Shown here: positions 35,331 to 43,873 of the stretch, one piece after another | Numbering within the stretch: the stretch's first letter is position 1 | Layout of the letters: each line of letters begins with the position of its first letter | Assembly (NCBI RefSeq): GCF_001194135.2 | Contig: NC_068983.1 | Coordinates: 9,023,960 to 9,067,832, forward strand | Reading direction: 5' to 3' | Source of the DNA: Octopus bimaculoides | Lineage: Eukaryota | Length of the DNA stretch: 43,873 nt | Translations under genes and position numbers: made by a program | The notes under the pieces: model-generated | What the model saw: the letters and a program-made list of their open reading frames with translations, nothing else | Told to the model about the DNA's origin: nothing | Databases searched by the model: none

Positions 35331-36449
35331 AGATTTATATTGTATGTCCTTTACAAGGTTTTTATACATATCTATATATATATGCTTATATGTATGTCTG
35401 AATGTATGTGTGTAAATATCAAAATTGTGCACAAGCGTAATCCTGTAAGTAAATATAAGAATAAAAGGATTGCTTTCCTGTACACACATAAAACAAATTA
35501 TTCGATAAAAAAAATGTGGTATAAGCAGCTAATTTGTTGACAAATGAAATAGCATAGGATTTAAGCAATCCACTCTCTTTAATTCGTGCTCAATAGAATC
35601 TGTTTATTTACTAAAATGTATCTGGTAGCTCATTTACCACTTTATCGCTTTCTCATTTCTATTCTCTCTCTCTCTCTCACTTTTTGTCTGTGCTTCAGTT
35701 GTGTGCTTAAGAAATGAAACAGACCATTTCTTATCAGCAGATATATGAATAACAATTTGTGCTATTCAGTGTACCAGTTGTTCATTGCTGCTACAGTTTC
35801 CCATATAAAATGTATCTAGTCACAAAATTGCGATGTCTCGTTTTTTTTTTTTATCTCGTATATTTGCTTGCTTAATTGTCCGTTTTGGTCTGTTGGAAAC
35901 TTTAGGAATTACAATATTTGAAATAGTGTTTCCATTAAGACTAAATAAAATAGCGTATAAAAATAGTAATTTCGATTAGCAATCTTTGCTAAGTGATCTG
36001 ATCTTAGATCATAGGTTGAGACTAAGTAAATTGCATCATCGCAGAGTAATCATCTCTGATATAAGTGTCTATGTTAACATTTATTTTAATGCCTACATTG
36101 ATGCTAGGCGCATAAAACAAGTTTATTATTTTTCGCATTTTAAGATTTGCAACAAGTTATTTGCGTTATATTATGGCTTAACAACTTATTATTAGAGAAA
36201 CGTGTTTATTTCTCCGGAAAATTGAAATGGAAAATATATACGACGAAACATAATGTTATCACGATTTGTTTCATCCTTTGAAGTATGTGACAGATGGTAG
36301 TAAAACATATATTTACATTACACGTTATAGAATTAATAGTTATTAGTATAATAAAAAAAAAAATATTGTAATACTTGCCGTGCGTGTAGTTATAATGGTT
36401 AGTCGAAAAAATGCATATCAATATACTGACCATGTATATAGATATATAA

Positions 36450-38900
36450 AGTTAGTAGAACAAACGTAATTTCAATATTAACACATATTCGATCTAATAA
36501 ATAACTGTACAAATTATGTTGAATCGTTTTCATTCGTTATGTGTTTGTCCATTTGCGTAAATGAACATGTATAACTTATAAACCGCATCGCGGAGGATGC
36601 AGCGACGCAGACGACTGGGAAATCGTGAGTTCCACCTCTTGTATTTTGCCTTCCTTGCAATGCAACTTTGGAAGCGACAATATTTCATTTGGCTCATATA
36701 TGTAATACACACCGAACAACGACCTACTTGTAATTTGCAGAAGTTGGAATCCTTATTCACGTTGATTGTGCTTAAGTGTGAAGAAAGGCTGCACCGGAAG
36801 ACCAGACTCCTCTCTCGACTCTGAATTCCTGGACTTAAAAACCTCTATTATGTGAAGTGCTTTTCTTTTTCTTTTACTTCTCTTCGTCTTCCTCACTGTC
36901 TTGAAAGTATCCATTCTAGAAACATCCATTGTGCCTTTCTTTAGTACTGCCATATGCAATTACTTCACAATCTATATATTATCTATTATATTGACCAGTA
37001 TCAAAAACTCTATTGTTATCTACACACAAACCTCGATCACGCTTTATGCAAAAATAAACCTTGCATTTGTTTCATTTGCACTCAGATTTTGAAATTCAAA
37101 TGAAAGAGGGTTCTCCTGTAACAGTCTTCATCTAAATATACATCCAGATTTATAGATAAGTCCATCATATAAATAGATTTGCCATAGCCAAAGGACGGAG
37201 AAATTACACTCCTTTGCGAAAGCAATGTGGCGCGATGAGTTTTGTTATAGATTTCTTTGATCGCAAGATTTGTCCTGAACGCATTAGCAGCTGTTTAACA
37301 CAAGCGCTCACAAATAGATAACGCACAAGCATTGAATGGTAGCGTGTTTCGTCACTAAATACATAACTCAAACAAATTCAGATGTGTGCACACTTCTGTG
37401 CCTTTGTAACCTGTCCTGAAAATATAATATTCCCAGCCTGTATTTCTATATTCCAAATTTCCTTTAGAAGTCCTTCACAGACCCTAATTGCAATGTCCTT
37501 CAGATGAAGCTTATCATACTGCTTTTGTCATAAGAGAACAGTATGAGTTTCTGGGAACGTCATCGTTCATACTCCTATTAATACTCAACAGAATGCTGTT
37601 TTCTCGCAGACAGTATTGGCTAAGTAGTAGAGTCCTTAGTGCCTGGGAATAATCCAGACGTCCGATGCACCTAGCATTCGGCATTCCGTATAGAAATTCA
37701 ACATATCTGTCACTTCGTCAACTGCAATCGAATTTTCACAGTACCGTAACTCTTTCCCGAGAGACTCCTCAAGTGCGACTAGAAAGCAGCACACAAATGT
37801 AATGATATACAACATGCCTGTTGCAATCAATCATAGACAGACCAGTAGCTTCATTGGCAGCCAGGCCCATCAAAGACATCCTTTCCTTCGAGTTTCAGTG
37901 GACATGCTCTAGTATGGACGTATTCGAAGGAATAGTCTTCTAGAATGAGGCTGAAAGATTTTTCTACGCCATTCAAATACCATGACCTAGTGTCGTTTAG
38001 CATATGTTACTACACCCATGCCGACCGTATTTATATGGCTTTATTGTTAGTAAAGCCATTTAAATGAGATAAACTAAAACATAAGTAGGCAAGATGGTCA
38101 TTTACCCTGGGTTTATTTCACCGGAAATTTGACTGAGACACCCGAATTATTTTAATCTATGTTTTAAAGATTGTCATGCCATGTGATTAAACTTTTCCGA
38201 GAAAGTTGTACACTTCTCATTAAGTATACGCAAAAATCTTCCTTTGTGGAGTAAATGAGAAGGTTATCTCGCCCAGGACTTCGACTGGAATAAACATCTT
38301 GATTCTAGTCGCACGAACGTACACTTTCAAATCTTTCTTCCCTTTTTCAGAACTGTATACCTGAGGATTTTGCCTATACGGTGATAATTGTTTTGTTGTA
38401 GTTTCTTCAGTTATTTTTTTTTTTGTTAATATTTCTAATTTCGTTGTGGCAGTTGTTTGTATGTCTCTGTTGCTATGGTTATTATTGCTGTTCGTTTTCT
38501 TGGTGATAATGATGTTAGTGTGCTTCTAGTTGTACATGTTGCAGTCTCTATATCTGGTTTTATTGATTTTGTTGGAGTAGGTGTTCTTTTCAGCGTTGAC
38601 GGTGATTGTGTGTGGTTCTTCTTTATATTTTTATTGCGGATACTGGCTTACCGAATGGCTGGATATTCGGGCGCACATTTCTGAATTTTGTTTGGTTAGG
38701 CGCTACCAGGTTTTGTTCGATTAAATACAACCCCTGCACACCAAAAAATCCTGCTATGCAATAATTTAATAAATATCGTAACGACTCTTTATTGTCTACA
38801 GCTCTCAAAGTCCTTCAGCTATTAAAATCATTATTTGATCAATATTTATGAAAACGGATATGCTCCGATGAGTTTGATTTCAGAGAATGATTGTCATGCC
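36450..38900 (-). mobile_element. Possible very old Penelope-like element
   Basis: T/N/K-rich N-terminal-like tract (38700-38400), VLGEITFSFTP near 38270, and GRCSVC linker plus DAVYKL/TCS GIY-YIG-like fragment (36730-36560); many stops. Confidence 0.3.
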
Positions 38901-39275
38901 TGTTCATTTACTATAGTACCATATACCATTCATCTGAATCGCAAATTAAATTCCTTCACTGTACAGACATAAAACTATAGTTCTACAAAATTAAATTCAT
39001 TGGAGCATGAGCATTTCTGTAGACGAAGATGTTTTAAGTATGGAGAAAACGTTAAATCATTTTAATCGTACTTGATAATTGTCTGTAAATTAGTTTATGG
39101 GAGTCTGTATCTGCGATATTCAGGCGAACAGGCTTTACATAAATACATATAAACACGCGTATATATATGCGTGCGCCTGTGTCTGTCAGTATGTATGTAT
39201 ATGTATATACGTGTGTGTGATTATATATTCATTCATGTACACACGCACACACATGCTCAGACGCCCGCCCGCGCG

Positions 39276-39321
<46 letters not shown>

Positions 39322-39507
39322 CATATATATGGAACTAGATTGATTACATTTATCGTCTACATACTAAGTGCCTTTTATTTTTCTAACGTATACTAACTAT
39401 GCAGCAAATTAGATATACATTAACCGACGTAGACAAATACCTGAAAAATGTACATACAGGCAAGCATAAATATATTTTTTCTGACTTACATATCAATATG
39501 CGTTCAC

Positions 39508-39562
<55 letters not shown>

Positions 39563-39949
39563 CATGTTCATTCACATACATACATGAAAGCATACAGACA
39601 GACAGACAGATAGGTGCATATCTAAAGCGAGATTTTCGTAATTCATTATTTAATAGACATTTTTTTTAAAGTGGAATGTAACGAACATTTTCGAAAAAGT
39701 TTTCTTATTGTGCGTATTTTGTGTATAAACGCTTTTGTTGTTCAATTTTCCAGACACACTGTTGTAGAGAATGTTGCTCTTAGTAGTAGTTTTAGCTATT
39801 TCCTGATCAGTTTCGGACTCAATATTCTTATAAAGAACTCTTTTTTCCCCTCATTTTTTTTATGTCTTTCTTTTGTAAAAGGAAATATTCTGACTCTCTC
39901 AGTTGCTGCAATAGCTTTTAATTATTTAAACAGGGTGTCACTGGTAAAT

Positions 39950-41799
39950 TGAAACTCAGCTGAATCAATCAACTGTGAATTTAAAGGTGAGTGAAAGAAA
40001 TTTAGGAGATATATGAAAAAACCACGATCTTCACAAATAGATATGACTCATATCAGCATTTCGAGAAATATTTACGGAGGAAATGTAGAAAATTCTTTAA
40101 CATTAAAGCATACTACATACCCTAAGGAAACTCTGAAGATACTAATTACAATGAAAATTCCAATACACAAGATCTATTTAAGGTATAGCATGAAATTCAC
40201 TTGGAGAATGAAGCGTGTAGGAAGAAAAACAAAGTGATGAAAACAGAATAGTTAAAGTCAAATAAAACAAGCATATCACAATTAGAAACAAAAATATTGC
40301 AGTCACATACGTAAAGGGGGACAAAACCGAGAAACAGTTATTTTCCCACGACAAATCCGTATGAAGAATATCAGATCAGAACCAATTGCGGAATCCAAAA
40401 TCCAAATAAATCACGTCCTTCAATAATTGGAATTGTAAGACTTTCTTCCACAACGATTTAAAGAGAAATTTGTGAAATGTGAAGACATAATGAAGAAAGA
40501 AGCCCTTGAAACAAAATATCGAGGAAATAAGTAAAAAAAAAAGTGTTTGATCTAGGGAAAAAAAAGATGTAGAGAGACGAGAAAGCAAAGCAAATATAAT
40601 ATTAGTCAAAAGCTATATGGTTACAGAAGTTACGAACGAAATTACGAAAGAGAATTATTGAAATCTAAAAATAATGTACCAATAGCAGAAACAACTCCTT
40701 TCGTTCTAATTTACAAGTCGAATCTAAATATAATCAAAGGGTGACAACCCATTATTTCCTCTCTGTTAACGTTATTAAAAATGGAAAAGAATTCAATAAC
40801 TCATACCAAGAGAAATTCACCTACCACAAAAAACTTATAAAAAAGTAGCAATGGAAATCAGATCACCAAAGAAAATCAGATCACCAAAGCAAAGAAAACA
40901 TAGCATAAACAAGCAAACATACAAAGATAAAAATAACAATAGAAGAACGGACCATAATTAATCTTGGAACCAAAGAAAATTTGGTAAGAACAAATCTAAA
41001 TATCTCGGTAGATGGTGCTTCAACGAGTGGACAACCTCTACTCACAAAATAGATTAATTAAAAGACGGGGTGCCGAAGTAACACAGGAACAAATATTGTT
41101 TAAGGAACAGGAGTTCCAAATAGATACGAAAGAACATTATAATTGTACAAATGGTCAATGAAATATTGAACCCACTGACACAAAAGTGATCAACTTTTCA
41201 TTTATACATGGAGGATTATGAGTGGTATAAGAAAACACCTACTCCATTCATAACCTATATTAACCACAAATAAAAGTCACGGCAGTAGATACAAAGTGCA
41301 CCAACGTTTGTGAAACAGGTAATAGGTTTCGTGCAAGAAAAAATCTATACCTTATCTAGAATAACATTTGATCAACAATTTCCAATATTATTTAGTAGGA
41401 AACAGGAATAATTGGTTCGTATTTTCGATCAAAAGTAAGGCGGGCCTAACAAGATTCCTTAAATTAATAAATAGCATTGACGAATCGATCCCTATGAGAA
41501 CTTCATTTTCTGGACATTGTGATGCATAAAGAAAATGCCACAATTATAACCCATTTCTACACCAAGAACAATCATACACACCAATATTCAGATTTTTATA
41601 TTTTGCCACACATTCCACACAAAAGGAAACATACCATTCTCAGTGGTACGACTCATATTCTCAAGATTTACAGACAGAAAAGTAGAGAAGAGACACGTAA
41701 AATTGGATATGGTCCCTCAGAGATGAAATTATCGACAAAGTGTGATAAAGTATACCATAACCAACGCAAAAGAAATCTAATTTCTGCTTTTACGGAGAC

Positions 41800-41834
<35 letters not shown>

Positions 41835-42232
41835 TATTCTATTTAGAATTACACTTAATCCAAGAAATTACGTTCTACATTCAGCAAAACGATACCACCC
41901 AGTTCTTGACCAAATCTCGAATTTCCATCCCATAAAGAATTACAAATCAGGAACAACCGAAGAAAACCATCCAGTCTCAAGTGATTCATAACAAATGCGA
42001 GATTCACATCTGGGAAGGAAATAACGGAGGTAACAAGCTGTGGAGGCAGTCGTTGTGAGACGTGAAACAACCAGAATGCTAACAAATAGAAATGAATTAA
42101 ACGTAAATACAAACATGAACTGCAAAGCAAATCTCATCTAGTGTCACGTGCCCACAATGCAATGAGAATTACATTGGAGAAAGAGGAACAAAACTAAATG
42201 ATCGTGTGAGAAATCGCAAAGAGTAAATTAAA
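39950..42232 (+). mobile_element. Decayed Penelope-like retroelement (RT plus C-terminal GIY-YIG; Neptune-like Cys linker)
   Basis: TAVDTKC/PTFVKQVIGFVQEKIY (about 41280-41350), FLDIVM and FYTKNNHTHQY (41510-41590), CGGSRCET (42039-42062), CKANLI.VTCPQCNENYIGERGTKLNDRVR (42121-42212). Confidence 0.85.
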
Positions 42233-42244
42233 GAGTAAATTAAA

Positions 42245-42428
42245 GGCGCATGAGAGGCTGTGTGGTAAGTAGCTTGCTTACCAAACACATGGTTCCGGGT
42301 TCATTTCCACTTCGCGGCACCTTGGGCAAGTATCTTCTGCTATGGCCTCGGGCCTATCAAAACCTTGTCAGTGGATTTGGTAGACGGAAACTGAAAGAAG
42401 CTTATTGTATATATATATAGATATATAC

Positions 42429-42465
<37 letters not shown>

Positions 42466-42533
42466 TCCCCCAACATCACTTGACAACCGATGATGGTGTG
42501 TTTACGTCCCCGTAACTTAGCGGTTCGGCAAAA
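42245..42533 (+). mobile_element. tRNA-derived SINE family A, full length, inserted at the end of the PLE remnant
   Basis: ggctgtgtggtaag A-box-like and gggttcatttcc B-box-like motifs, central (TA)(TG) tract, conserved 3' block. Preceded by a 12-bp tandem duplication gagtaaattaaa. Confidence 0.85.
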
Positions 42534-42609
42534 TGCGCCAAGCAGTGGGGCTAAAAGCAGAATCATGTGGTGGGGATGAAAGCTTCTTACCACGCAGCTA
42601 CGCCTCTGC

Positions 42610-42890
42610 ACCGAGAGTTCTACAGCGACGTTTTGAAGCGCTTGGCTGACATGCGGTGTAAGTGACTGGAGCCCGAAGAATGAGACTCTTCACGACAACA
42701 ACAGACTGTGTCACCAATCTCTTCTTACTCGAGAGTTTCTCATCAAAAACAAAATAACATTGCTGCTGCACCCGCCATTGTCACCAGATTTCGTACCTGC
42801 TGACCTCAATCACTTCTCCAACGAGAAAATGCAGCTCAAAGGTCACCGTTTTAACACCGTTCTCGAGATGAACATTGAATCATAGAAGTT
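42610..42890 (+). mobile_element. Mariner (DD34D) transposase C-terminal fragment
   Basis: LHDNNRLCHQSLLTREFLIKNKITLLLHPPLSPDFVPAD...LKGHRF, matching the HDNA.PH and HPPYSPDLAP.D motifs. Confidence 0.9.
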
Positions 42891-43032
42891 CTCGATTTCC
42901 GTTTGTTTGGGAAAACGATTTCCAATCCGGATCACAAAAGCGGCAGAAACGCTGGCATTGACGTGTTGTTGCAAAAAGTGACTGTTTCCAAGGTTATGAT
43001 ATTAAAACTTAGGAAAATAAGTTATATTTTCA

Positions 43033-43068
<36 letters not shown>

Positions 43069-43164
43069 ATATAAATTTTTCTGAATCTTCAGATTTTTCA
43101 ATTTGCTACACCACTGGTTTTAAATTGATATTAATCAAATTAATATTCAATTTTTCACCCCTAT

Positions 43165-43211
<47 letters not shown>

Positions 43212-43397
43212 TATATTATTATTATTATATATAGTTAAAATATAACATATATGTATATATGTATATATATATTATATTTAGTTAAAAACATAAATTATTT
43301 ATAAATATATACAAAAACACATGCATAGATGCACATAATTATATAAATATAAGTATATATAAAATTTGAATACATCCATGCACACATACACATATTA

Positions 43398-43442
<45 letters not shown>

Positions 43443-43826
43443 GCATGTATGTATATACGTAAACACTCATATGTATATATATGCGTGTGTGTGTATGTTT
43501 GTACATATATGCGTATGAGTGTCTACGTTCCTATATTGTAGAATTAGGGGACATTTCTATGCCTTCGTGTATGTCTTTCATTTCATGTGTATACTATTAA
43601 CAAAGAATTCAAATAACTTAAATATTATTCTCAGTGTCTTTTCGCAGAAAGGTGTAAATATGAGGAAGCCATAAACATAATTGAATACAATTTCAAATTA
43701 ATTATATTTCAAGCAGGTATTCCACATGTTCGAAAACGAGAGGATAGAGAAAAGAGATCAGCTTATTGTTTGAAAATATGAAATATCTTACAATACGCAC
43801 AGTGCCATGATTATATATGTAGACGT

Positions 43827-43873
<47 letters not shown>

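Noticed and set aside
36530-36760. KYCRFQSC resembling a nuclear-receptor zinc finger
   Set aside because: A required Cys is Met, and there is no first finger, P-box or VGM motif. A PLE Cys linker plus GIY-YIG start explains it at least as well.
42060-42066. In-frame TGA at a Cys position of the PLE linker as selenocysteine
   Set aside because: The element is riddled with stops and frameshifts, and no SECIS was identified; most likely ordinary decay.
900-42533. tRNA genes
   Set aside because: All A/B-box sequences continue into SINE bodies and none folds into a complete cloverleaf.
1-43873. CRISPR array, rRNA or prokaryotic operon
   Set aside because: No regularly spaced repeat-spacer array, rRNA-like sequence or dense gene structure; composition is that of animal non-coding DNA.

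Overview
Eukaryotic, very AT-rich, microsatellite-saturated scaffold segment with six N gaps. The repeat families look like those of an octopus/coleoid cephalopod; this is inference from recalled repeat sequences, not a database result. I find no intact protein-coding gene. Most listed ORFs are artefacts of simple repeats or gaps, and the protein-like ones are decayed transposon fragments. Supported content: Penelope-like element (PLE) remnants (RT and GIY-YIG), a CR1/L2-type LINE 3' end, RTE-type RT fragments, a CCHC-knuckle LINE ORF1, a mariner transposase fragment, a MITE with 39-bp TIRs and an 8-bp TSD, and about ten tRNA-derived SINE copies. The most striking signal is at RNA level: six hammerhead-ribozyme (HHR)-like motifs (about 0.95, 1.9, 4.9, 11.2, 18.3 and 25.85 kb) in several unrelated stem-sequence families. 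One is the tail of a tRNA-headed SINE-like element, two sit at the centre of fold-back inversions, and one has a fully paired branched helix II. A 21-nt micro-exon candidate hints that part of the window is intronic to a + strand host gene. All folds and alignments were done by eye and need computational confirmation.
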